DNA of 32,000 nt from Candidatus Saccharimonadota bacterium (GTDB lineage: Archaea > Nanobdellota > Nanobdellia > Pacearchaeales > GW2011-AR1), in contig JBAZYG010000001.1 of the NCBI GenBank assembly GCA_041659445.1, positions 360,001-392,000 of the forward strand, in the 5' to 3' direction. Each line of letters opens with the position of its first letter. Position 1 is the first letter of the stretch. Shown piece after piece: positions 15,443-23,004 of this stretch. The notes beneath the pieces were generated by a model, which was not told the DNA's origin, searched no databases, and saw nothing but the letters and a program-made list of their open reading frames with translations. The position numbers and the translations under genes are program-made.

Positions 15443-15874
15443 TTATTTACAAGATTTTAAAAGATTTGGATTGTTTATTTGTGCATCTGCAAATTCATAA
15501 AAACTATTTTTAAGATTATTTGAAGTATTTTTTAATAGTTGAGCAAAATCTTTTGCAGTATCTTTTGCAATTTGTTTATAATCTGTATTCGCAAATTTTT
15601 CATAATTCATTGCTGCAACACAACCGATTTTTGACCCTGGACCAATAACAGCGTATGCATTCATTTTTGATGCTCCAGAAACACCTAATGCATCAAACAT
15701 TCCATCAATATAACCAAGAGTTTCTAACCCTGCAAATAAAGTAAATCCAACCATTACAGGAACACCATACTCATTTAAATTTTTTCTACTAAAAACTTGA
15801 TTTGAAGTATCAGCAACCCATTTAATTGGTTTTAAACCGCTTACTTTTTTTATTAATTTTGATTCTTTTACCAT
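15443..15874 (-). CDS. hypothetical protein (143 aa)
   Basis: ORF track. The near-palindromic TATA TTTATAAA (15896-15903) lies 29 nt upstream on the minus strand. No recognisable domain. Confidence 0.5.
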   Translation of the reverse strand: MVKESKLIKKVSGLKPIKWVADTSNQVFSRKNLNEYGVPVMVGFTLFAGLETLGYIDGMFDALGVSGASKMNAYAVIGPGSKIGCVAAMNYEKFANTDYKQIAKDTAKDFAQLLKNTSNNLKNSFYEFADAQINNPNLLKSCK

Positions 15875-15977
15875 AAAAAAATAATAAATTTAATCTTTAT
15901 AAATCTTTTGATTTTGTAGTTTCTTATAAGTAGTTACAAATGGAAAAGTTTATATAGTTTAATAAACAACAAATATT

Positions 15978-16379
15978 ATGAAAAAAATACTATATGTAGA
16001 AGACATGAAGCAATGTTATGAAAATACTAGCAAAGCTCTTGGTAATGATTTTGAAATTGATTGGAAAACAAATTATTCTGAAGCACTTAAAGCTATAAAT
16101 GGAAATCTTGAACAATATTCTGTAGGGATTTTTGATGTCAATCTTGATTATAATCCTAGATTACCTTTAAATCAACAAACAACAGAAGGCTTAGACTTAA
16201 TTAAATTAGCAAAAGAAAAAAGCAAAGAAAAAGGAATGGATTTTCCAATTATCTGTGCAAGTAGCAACAATAGTTATAGAAAATCAGCTATGCAAAATGG
16301 TGCAGATTTATTTTTATTAAAAAAAGAATTTTGGAATAAAGGAAAATCAAAATTAGAAAATATAATTAAAAAGATTTAA
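15978..16379 (+). CDS. stand-alone receiver (REC/CheY-like) domain protein
   Basis: The REC pattern is present: KILYVEDM (acidic pocket), GIFDVNLD (candidate phospho-Asp), PIICASSN (Ser/Thr position) and DLFLLKK (conserved Lys). No output domain. Confidence 0.6.
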   Translation: MKKILYVEDMKQCYENTSKALGNDFEIDWKTNYSEALKAINGNLEQYSVGIFDVNLDYNPRLPLNQQTTEGLDLIKLAKEKSKEKGMDFPIICASSNNSYRKSAMQNGADLFLLKKEFWNKGKSKLENIIKKI

Positions 16380-16403
16380 ATTAATCAAATTCTTTAGATA
16401 AAA

Positions 16404-16874
16404 ATGATTCAATTAATGAAATATACTTATATGATGGACCCTGAAAAAATTAAAAAAGAATTAGATAAACTTTGGAATAAATATCAAGAAATTATTGAGG
16501 ATAAAAATTCAAATTGGGAAGAATTAAATGAAGCAAGAGCAATCCTCTTTTTAACTGGAGATACTTATTGTGAAGAAATTGCAGTTGAGGCAATAGAAAG
16601 ACGATTACATTTGTTAAGTGAAAAAATAACTTTACTTGAATTTTTTGATTTAATAGACAAAGAATCAAAAAAACTTAATGAATTAAGAAAAGATAAAATT
16701 TTTTCAAACCTTGAAAAATTCTACAGAATAATAAAAGAATTTAAGAACAGATATAAAGAAGGAAAATTTTATCTTGACGAAGAAAAATTCATAAAAAAAT
16801 ATAATTCAACTAATCCAGATAAAGAACTTCAGATAGGTTATAGAGGAAAATTTGGAGAGAAAAAATCATTATAG
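16404..16874 (+). CDS. hypothetical protein (156 aa)
   Basis: ORF track. ATTTAAAT lies about 30 nt upstream of the ATG. Confidence 0.45.
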   Translation: MIQLMKYTYMMDPEKIKKELDKLWNKYQEIIEDKNSNWEELNEARAILFLTGDTYCEEIAVEAIERRLHLLSEKITLLEFFDLIDKESKKLNELRKDKIFSNLEKFYRIIKEFKNRYKEGKFYLDEEKFIKKYNSTNPDKELQIGYRGKFGEKKSL

Positions 16875-16987
16875 ATATTTTCTTTTTATTTACAATTTTA
16901 TATATCAACTACCAAATTTTAAAATCCGACGATAAAATTTGAAGCAAATAAATATAACTAAAAAATAAAAAGCAATTAAACGAAATA

Positions 16988-16995
16988 TTTATAAA
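16988..16995 (+). promoter_or_regulatory. TATA box TTTATAAA of the EF-1alpha transcription unit
   Basis: It lies 30 nt upstream of ATG 17018 (the mini-ORF), not of the EF-1alpha ATG 17073. This is the same spacing seen at more than 12 other first genes in this window. Confidence 0.6.
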
Positions 16996-17017
16996 CCTTA
17001 TTTTTTATTAACTAACT

Positions 17018-17056
17018 ATGGCTAAGCTCAACAAAGGTTGGCTAGAACCCATTTAA
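17018..17056 (+). promoter_or_regulatory. upstream mini-ORF (12 codons, MAKLNKGWLEPI*) ahead of EF-1alpha
   Basis: ATGGCTAAG... repeats the EF-1alpha start ATGGCTAAA (MAK). Its stop lies 16 nt before ATG 17073. Confidence 0.5.
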
Positions 17057-17072
17057 AAAACAAAAAATCAAA

Positions 17073-18356
17073 ATGGCTAAAGATAAACCAAACATGAATG
17101 TTGTTTTTGTAGGGCATGTTGATGCTGGAAAATCAACAGTAGTTGGACAATTAATGTTCCAATCTGGTGCTGTTTCTGAACAAGAAATGACAAAATTACG
17201 AGCTGAAGCTGAAAAACATGGTAAAGCTGGTTTTGAATTCGCATATGTTATGGATAAAATTAAAGAAGAAAGAGAAAGAGGAGTTACAATTGATTTAGCT
17301 TATAAAAAAATTCTTACACAAAAATATCAAATCACAATCATCGACGCACCTGGACACAGAGACTTTGTTAAAAACATGATTACTGGTGCTTCACAAGCAG
17401 ATGCTGCATTTTTAGTTATTGCTGCTCCTGCAGGTGTTCAACCACAAACAACAGAACACTTATGGTTATTAAGAACAATGGGTGTTAAAAATATTGCAAT
17501 CGCAGTTAATAAAATGGATGCTGTTGAATACAGCGAAGACAAATACAAAAAAGTTAAAGAAGATGTTGGAAAATTATTAAAAGGTGTTGGAATAAACCCT
17601 GACAATACTTCATTTATTGCATGCTCTGGATTAAAAGGAGAAAATGTTTTCAAGAAATCTGATAAAATGCCTTGGTATAAAGGACCAACAATCATTGAAC
17701 AAATGGATTTGTTCCCTGCTCCTGAATTACCAACTACTCTTCCTATGAGAATGCCAATACAAGATGTTTATGAAATTACTGGTATTGGAACAGTTCCTGT
17801 TGGAAAAGTTGAAACAGGTATTTTAAAAGTTGGACAAAAAATAAAAATCCTTCCGGGAAGAACTGGCGACGGTATTTCTGGAGAAATTAAATCTATTGAA
17901 GCTCATCACGAATCTTTACCTGAAGCTCTTGCTGGTGAAAATGTTGGTGTGAATATTAGAGGTGTTGGAAAGAAAGACGTTGCAAGAGGAGATGTTATTT
18001 GTGAAGCAAGTGCACCTTGCCCAGTTGTTGAAGAATTCATTGCTACAATTACAGTAATTAATCACCCAACTGTTTTAGCTAAAGGATATACTCCTGTATT
18101 CCACATACACACTGCTCAAGTTCCTTGCCAATTCATAGAATTAATTTCACAAATTAATCCTGCAACTGGTGAAGTTATTAAAGAACACCCTGATTTTTTA
18201 AAGAACGGAGATACTGCTAAAGTTAGAATAAAACCACAAGGAAATTTATGTATTGAAACTCAAAAAGAAAATCCATACATGAGTAAATTCGCAGTTAGAG
18301 ACGCTGGTGCAACTGTTGCAGCTGGTATGTGCAACGAAATTACAAAGAAAAAATAA
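17073..18356 (+). CDS. tuf: translation elongation factor 1-alpha (aEF-1alpha)
   Basis: GHVDAGKST, DAPGHRDF, NKMD, and full-length similarity to the aEF-1alpha/EF-Tu family. Confidence 0.97.
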   Translation: MAKDKPNMNVVFVGHVDAGKSTVVGQLMFQSGAVSEQEMTKLRAEAEKHGKAGFEFAYVMDKIKEERERGVTIDLAYKKILTQKYQITIIDAPGHRDFVKNMITGASQADAAFLVIAAPAGVQPQTTEHLWLLRTMGVKNIAIAVNKMDAVEYSEDKYKKVKEDVGKLLKGVGINPDNTSFIACSGLKGENVFKKSDKMPWYKGPTIIEQMDLFPAPELPTTLPMRMPIQDVYEITGIGTVPVGKVETGILKVGQKIKILPGRTGDGISGEIKSIEAHHESLPEALAGENVGVNIRGVGKKDVARGDVICEASAPCPVVEEFIATITVINHPTVLAKGYTPVFHIHTAQVPCQFIELISQINPATGEVIKEHPDFLKNGDTAKVRIKPQGNLCIETQKENPYMSKFAVRDAGATVAAGMCNEITKKK

Positions 18357-18416
18357 GTCTGAAGAAATGAAGAGGATGATTGGCTTCAGAGAAGAGTTCT
18401 GAAAAATTTAAAAAAA

Positions 18417-18437
18417 ATGACAAACAAAAAAAATTAA
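18417..18437 (+). promoter_or_regulatory. 6-codon mini-ORF MTNKKN* duplicating the 5' end of gene 18659..18880
   Basis: ATGACAAACAAAAAA is identical to 18659-18673. Its TAA (18435-18437) forms a TAA-A-ATG junction with ORF 18439. Confidence 0.45.
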
Positions 18438-18438
18438 A

Positions 18439-18657
18439 ATGGTTGAATATGAATTAATCGCTTTAGGGGGAATTGCATTAGTGGGATTTGGAACAAAGGC
18501 TTATTTAGATATAAAAGAAAAAAAAAGAATAAATAGATTTAATAATTGGGTTAATAATTATTTCATTCCAGAAACAAATAAAATTCGAGAATTAATTAAT
18601 GAATTTAGCGTAGTTTCAAAAGATTTAACAAATAAACTAAAGGATAACAAAATTTAA
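18439..18657 (+). CDS. hypothetical small membrane protein (72 aa)
   Basis: ORF track. N-terminal hydrophobic helix LIALGGIALVGFG. Bracketed by a direct repeat of about 26 nt. Confidence 0.5.
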   Translation: MVEYELIALGGIALVGFGTKAYLDIKEKKRINRFNNWVNNYFIPETNKIRELINEFSVVSKDLTNKLKDNKI

Positions 18658-18658
18658 A

Positions 18659-18880
18659 ATGACAAACAAAAAAGATTTTAATAAATTAAAAAAAATATTA
18701 AGCGAAACACATCCTTTTATGGGTGGGCCATTAAAAATAACAAATTTAGATAGTCGTATAGAAATTTTAAAGTTAGGGGGTATACTCTTGGAACCAAAGA
18801 AAAAAGATTGTTTAATATATATAAAATATTTTCCTGAAGAAGATAGATATGGTTTTTCAGTTTACGAAGAAGAAAAATAA
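18659..18880 (+). CDS. hypothetical small protein (73 aa)
   Basis: ORF track. TAA-A-ATG junction upstream. Confidence 0.5.
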   Translation: MTNKKDFNKLKKILSETHPFMGGPLKITNLDSRIEILKLGGILLEPKKKDCLIYIKYFPEEDRYGFSVYEEEK

Positions 18881-18894
18881 AATACAAATTTAAA

Positions 18895-19119
18895 ATGAAC
18901 AAAATTCAAAAAACAATTATGTATGGGAGTTTAATAACAGCATTTGGATTAGGAAGTTATGGTTTTTATAGAACGATTGATAAAAAAAACTCAGCTCAGA
19001 ATGTACAAGTTGGAGTAAATATAACTTTACTAGGAATGCTTTGTGCAAAAATTTATCAACTAGTTAAAATCGATGAAGAAAGTTCAAAAAAAAGTAAACT
19101 TGAAAAGGAGTTGAAATAA
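18895..19119 (+). CDS. hypothetical small membrane protein (74 aa)
   Basis: ORF track. Two hydrophobic segments: IMYGSLITAFGLGSYGF and VGVNITLLGMLCAKIY. TAAAATG lies at the start. Confidence 0.5.
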   Translation: MNKIQKTIMYGSLITAFGLGSYGFYRTIDKKNSAQNVQVGVNITLLGMLCAKIYQLVKIDEESSKKSKLEKELK

Positions 19120-19120
19120 A

Positions 19121-19465
19121 ATGACAGAAAATAAATATTCATGCTCGGATTGCAATAAAGAATTTCAAAATGGAGAAAGTGTTGCAGTCACTTCCAATAA
19201 AAAATATTATCATTGCTCTGCGAGAGATTTAAAGATTATGCCTGTTAGTTGCTTGTTTAATTACATTAGTTCAGAAATACATCCTACGATTATTATTGAT
19301 AAAAAAATTTATTTTGAAGGAAATTTTTATTCTTTTAAAAAAATCAGAAGAATTTTTAAAAATGATAGGTTGACAATTGAACTTAACAATGAGACAACAG
19401 GTGACATTATAAAAGGAGATTTAAGTAAATTAAAAAAGGGGTTGATTGCAAGAATTTTCAGATAA
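19121..19465 (+). CDS. hypothetical protein (114 aa), N-terminal CxxC
   Basis: ORF track. TAA-A-ATG junction, with an SD-like AAGGAG 14 nt upstream. CSDCNKEF...YYHCS may be a partial zinc-binding motif. Confidence 0.5.
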   Translation: MTENKYSCSDCNKEFQNGESVAVTSNKKYYHCSARDLKIMPVSCLFNYISSEIHPTIIIDKKIYFEGNFYSFKKIRRIFKNDRLTIELNNETTGDIIKGDLSKLKKGLIARIFR

Positions 19466-19529
19466 TTACCACAAGATTTATATATTAACTTTTTTTGATA
19501 ATAACTCGAACAAAAATTATAAAATTAAA

Positions 19530-19790
19530 ATGAAAAAAATAAAATACGGAAACAATCTTCCAGGAAGAATAAATTATCAAGTCGGAGAAATAGCTGAAAT
19601 AAAAAATTCACTTGATAGAGTTGAAATAAAAAAAGTTGTAAGACCAAATTTATTTGGATATTTTATATTGGGTTTAAGAAAATATAAAGTAGAATTAATA
19701 AAAAATGTTGGCTCAGAATATTTCAAAGACGAAAGAGCTAAGTTAATAGTTCCTGAAACAAGATTAGAAAAAATCACTCAATCAAATTAA
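19530..19790 (+). CDS. hypothetical small protein (86 aa from ATG 19530)
   Basis: The track ORF 19446..19790 starts at a TTG that overlaps the previous gene. ATG 19530 has the TAAAATG context, and a TATA-like ATTTATATATT (about 19477-19487) lies upstream. Confidence 0.45.
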   Translation: MKKIKYGNNLPGRINYQVGEIAEIKNSLDRVEIKKVVRPNLFGYFILGLRKYKVELIKNVGSEYFKDERAKLIVPETRLEKITQSN

Positions 19791-19867
19791 GTTTCTTAAA
19801 AGATTAAAATTATAAAATGATAATTTATTACCATAATCTTTTTAAATGAATAAAGGATTAAAAAAAG

Positions 19868-20338
19868 ATGAATAACTTAACAAAATTAACTGCAGAAGAA
19901 ATTCTGGACAAAGCAGGAATTTCTCCAAACCCTGAATTTTATAGTGCAAGGGGAGCAACAACCTCTGATTTAAATTATGCTATTCTTGAAAAATTGTATT
20001 CTTTAATAGAATCTAATTTAGGAAAAGAGGCATCAAAAAATTTTGTGAACATGGTTAAAGATATTCCAAAAATGTCTGCTACTGATTTCATACAAAATTT
20101 CTATCTACTTAAATCTCATTCTTGGAAATGGAATAAAAAATTATTAATCTCAAGCAAAGGAATTTCTGTTGGTGGAAAAACTGATGGAGAAAGAAAAATT
20201 GTTGGAACATTTACAATGGGGGGATTGATAACAAAAGATAATTTAATAGATGAAACTGCTTCTATAAAAAATTCTTTTTTACATAGACACGGAGTAAAAA
20301 TAAAAAATGAGGTTAGTGATATTTGGGGGATATTGTGA
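19868..20338 (+). CDS. hypothetical protein (156 aa)
   Basis: ORF track. TTTTTAAA (19840-19847) lies 28 nt upstream of the ATG. Confidence 0.5.
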   Translation: MNNLTKLTAEEILDKAGISPNPEFYSARGATTSDLNYAILEKLYSLIESNLGKEASKNFVNMVKDIPKMSATDFIQNFYLLKSHSWKWNKKLLISSKGISVGGKTDGERKIVGTFTMGGLITKDNLIDETASIKNSFLHRHGVKIKNEVSDIWGIL

Positions 20339-20354
20339 ATATTGTTAAAAGTTG

Positions 20355-20660
20355 ATGGACGACAAAACAAAAAATATAATTATTGATGTTGTATCTTATC
20401 AAATAAAATACAGAAGAAAAGCATTGGAAAAAATATCTTTATCTTATGGGGCTTCTACTTTTTACCATTTAGAAAATGCTAAAAAAAATCTCGAATCAGA
20501 AATGGCTTACATTGAAAGAGAAAAACAATTTTTAAAAGATTTGAACGACACCCTTAAAAAACAAGATATTTCTTGTGAATGTGAGATTGATGAATATGTT
20601 TTTTATGAAAATGAACTATCTGAAGAATCTTCTATATTAGATTATGTTTTAAGGAGTTAA
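20355..20660 (+). CDS. hypothetical protein (101 aa from ATG 20355)
   Basis: ORF track; the track's start at 20352 is a TTG one codon upstream. Confidence 0.45.
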   Translation: MDDKTKNIIIDVVSYQIKYRRKALEKISLSYGASTFYHLENAKKNLESEMAYIEREKQFLKDLNDTLKKQDISCECEIDEYVFYENELSEESSILDYVLRS

Positions 20661-20700
20661 TCATCACAATCCTTAAATATCCACATTTTTTCTTATAGGT

Positions 20701-21252
20701 ATGTTAACAAAAGACATGAGAAAAACCGAGATTGAAAGTTTCTTAAATGGAAAAGGTGAATTTATACAAATTGATTATTTAAATCGATATTTGAAATTAA
20801 TGCCTCCTATTGAAATGCGAAAATTCGCTTATTTAAAATTAGCTGAAATTTATGGACAAAAAAGAATGTTTTTCGACGCTGCTAAAGCTTACAAAGAAGT
20901 TGGAAATAATTGCTTGAACACAAAAGAAAAAGTTGGTTATTGCATTAAAGAAGCAGAAAGTTACCTAAAAGCAGGTGAATTCTTTGAAGCAGATAAATCT
21001 ATAAAAAAGGCAATTTTACAAGCAGAAGTAAGAGAAAAAACAGAAATTGCTTCTAAATTTAAGCAATTTTGTAAAGAATATGCTGAAAATTTGGTTAAAG
21101 ATTTCAAAAGCAGTCAAGCAACAAAACTTTATGAGAAAATGCTGACAATGAATCTTACAGAAACGGAAAAGAAAGAAATCAAAGAAAGATTAATGAATTT
21201 ATATGAAAAACTTGGTAAATTCAACGAAGCAAAACATTTACGAGGAAATTAA
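20701..21252 (+). CDS. hypothetical helical-repeat (TPR-like) protein (183 aa)
   Basis: Repeated A/Y/K-rich helix pairs (LKLAEIYGQKRMFFDAAKAYKEVG..., YCIKEAESYLKAGEFFEADKSIKKAI) resemble TPR units. TTAAATAT lies 28 nt upstream. Confidence 0.4.
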   Translation: MLTKDMRKTEIESFLNGKGEFIQIDYLNRYLKLMPPIEMRKFAYLKLAEIYGQKRMFFDAAKAYKEVGNNCLNTKEKVGYCIKEAESYLKAGEFFEADKSIKKAILQAEVREKTEIASKFKQFCKEYAENLVKDFKSSQATKLYEKMLTMNLTETEKKEIKERLMNLYEKLGKFNEAKHLRGN

Positions 21253-21260
21253 TTAGAAAA

Positions 21261-21566
21261 ATGGATGAAAATAAACATCCTGAAAATTTTGACGAATACT
21301 CTCCAAAAGAATTTGCAGAAAAATTTTTTAAAACAAATTATTTTTATCAATTAGAGGTATATAAATGTCTTGAAAAATTATATCTAAAAGAAACACAAGA
21401 TGATTTAAAAAGACCTTCAAGAAAAAAACTTGGAGAAGGAAGAATCCAATTATCCTCAGGCTTAGAAAAATTATCTCTTGCAATAAAAGATCCTGTATTA
21501 AAAGCAATGAATTTAATTTGTAATTCCTGCAAAAAATATATGAAAAACCCATATGAAAAGGATTAA
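21261..21566 (+). CDS. hypothetical protein (101 aa)
   Basis: ORF track only. Confidence 0.4.
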   Translation: MDENKHPENFDEYSPKEFAEKFFKTNYFYQLEVYKCLEKLYLKETQDDLKRPSRKKLGEGRIQLSSGLEKLSLAIKDPVLKAMNLICNSCKKYMKNPYEKD

Positions 21567-21771
21567 TAAAAAAATTAAAAAGTAATCAGAAAACCCAAAT
21601 AACATTCTTTCAAAAGAACCAAAAATTTGGAGAAAATTAAATCTCTTTTTGGTTTTTAATAATTTCATTTTGTTTAGTTTTATTGAATTTTTTGATTTTT
21701 AGTGAATTGATGTGATTATTTAATCATAGTAACAAATAAAAAGATTTAGCATAGGTAATAAAAGGTTTGAA

Positions 21772-22758
21772 ATGCCAGAAAAGACTTTTGACATAAAATT
21801 TCTTAGAAAAGATTCTATTAATTCTACAAATAAAAAAGAGATTATTGAAACTTCAAAGTATATAAAAGACTTCTCACAAATAAAAAATATAGTCGCCTCA
21901 GAAGATGATAAAAAGATAGACGATTTTTTTCAAAACAAGAAATGGGCTTCTGAATTTTTTAATACAATAAATTTGACACTCTGTTTTAATCCACTATCTG
22001 ATAAAAATAACAAAGAAACATTTGATTCATTCTTAGAATATTTGTATAGCCATTCAAATAGTATAGTAACAATTCCAAGTATAACTAACAAAATTATTTC
22101 CATAGATGATTACATAAAATTTATAGACTATTGTTATGATTTCCTTAAACAAAGAAATTCCAAATCACTATTTGTTCCAATATCAATGAGAATGTCTATG
22201 GATAGTATAAATAAATTAATAGAACATTATAGAAAAAAAGAATATTATTATATTTGGTTTGATTTTGAGGGAAAAGCAATAAATAAAAATACTTCTGCAA
22301 GAATAAATAGAATAAGAAGACTTCTTGAACCAAAAGATTTTTTTAAAGAGTCAATATTTTATTTTACAAACATAAAAAGAGAAATCTTATCTAATATTAA
22401 AAGTCAAAATACATCTTCTTCAGATATACTCTCAAGTATTGGCGGTGCAAACATCATTGGAATTAATCGTGAGCCACAAAAATTCAATCCAAATGCAAAA
22501 ACAGAACATATGGACCAACAAGAAATATGGAAACACAAGGCAAGATTCTTTGATTCTGATTCTTATTATTATAAGAAATTTGACGAAGGAAAATTAGAAC
22601 CAAAAAATATTAACATAACTAATAATTCTAATAGGATTATGGATGAATTGAAAAAACAAACGGAAGTGTTTTTAGAAAAATTAAAAATAAAAGATTATAT
22701 TATAAAAAAACCTATGATTTCAGAAAATCCATTTATATCAAAACTTCTCCTAAATTAA
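21772..22758 (+). CDS. hypothetical protein (328 aa), no recognisable family
   Basis: Long ORF preceded by a 205-bp non-coding gap. Its stop lies 1 nt from the stop of the convergent AbrB-like gene. Confidence 0.6.
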   Translation: MPEKTFDIKFLRKDSINSTNKKEIIETSKYIKDFSQIKNIVASEDDKKIDDFFQNKKWASEFFNTINLTLCFNPLSDKNNKETFDSFLEYLYSHSNSIVTIPSITNKIISIDDYIKFIDYCYDFLKQRNSKSLFVPISMRMSMDSINKLIEHYRKKEYYYIWFDFEGKAINKNTSARINRIRRLLEPKDFFKESIFYFTNIKREILSNIKSQNTSSSDILSSIGGANIIGINREPQKFNPNAKTEHMDQQEIWKHKARFFDSDSYYYKKFDEGKLEPKNINITNNSNRIMDELKKQTEVFLEKLKIKDYIIKKPMISENPFISKLLLN

Positions 22759-22759
22759 T

Positions 22760-22924
22760 TTAATTTTTCTCTTTAACTAAACAAATTTTATTTTTTTCTG
22801 CTTCAGCCTTAATTTGTTTTCCTTCTAACCTTGATTTTTCAACAGCTTCTTTAGGAAGTGTAACAATATACTTATAATAATCTTTTTCTTTCACCTTTTT
22901 TGAAAGAACTTTTATAATCTTCAT
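22760..22924 (-). CDS. AbrB/SpoVT-like (swapped-hairpin) small DNA-binding protein, 54 aa; below the ORF-track size cut-off
   Basis: Own minus-strand translation: MKIIKVLSKKVKEKDYYKYIVTLPKEAVEKSRLEGKQIKAEAEKNKICLVKEKN*. The core YYxxVTLPKEAVEKSRLxxGxxIxxE...ICLVK matches the AbrB/MazE/VapB-type pattern (x-V-T-I/L-P-K-E..., ...G..V.v....g.i.l.p). The TATA TTTATAAA has its far edge 29 nt upstream. Confidence 0.55.
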   Translation of the reverse strand: MKIIKVLSKKVKEKDYYKYIVTLPKEAVEKSRLEGKQIKAEAEKNKICLVKEKN

Positions 22925-22933
22925 AAATTAATG

Positions 22934-22967
22934 AGGTACCGATTATTTATAAATGTATGTGGTACCT
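22934..22967. promoter_or_regulatory. inverted repeat AGGTACC-N20-GGTACCT enclosing the palindromic TATA TTTATAAA (22946-22953)
   Basis: Two GGTACC palindromes (22935-22940 and 22961-22966) flank the TATA that serves the minus-strand AbrB-like gene. A second TATA, ATATAAAT (22974-22981), lies 30 nt upstream of ATG 23005. Confidence 0.5.
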
Positions 22968-23004
22968 GAAGAAGATATAAATAATGTTCTGATTATGATT
23001 TAAT

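Noticed and set aside
18357-18405. C/D-box-like words (ATGAAGA, ATGATTG, CTGA) and the inverted repeat TCTGAAG...CTTCAGA right after tuf.
   Set aside because: The boxes are degenerate and their spacing does not fit a C-D'-C'-D layout. The region is more simply a weak 3' hairpin of the tuf transcript.
19446-19529. TTG-initiated N-terminal extensions in the ORF track (19446, 30284, 15057, 20352).
   Set aside because: Each extension overlaps the upstream gene. In every case an in-frame ATG with the TAAAATG or TGATG coupling context lies just downstream, at 19530, 30302, 15060 and 20355, so the ATG starts are preferred.
21513-21668. Minus-strand 51-codon ORF (MKLLKTKKRFNFLQIFGSFERMLFGFSDYFLIFLLILFIWVFHIFFAGITN*) in the 205-bp gap upstream of the defence islet. 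It resembles a type I toxin-like hydrophobic peptide.
   Set aside because: Its hydrophobic tail is antisense to the Lys-rich end of ORF 21261..21566, so it is a composition artefact. The upstream TATA is weak (ctaaaaat) and the ORF also contains the hairpin AACCAAAAA...TTTTTGGTT. The evidence is not strong enough to call it; a transcriptome could revive it.
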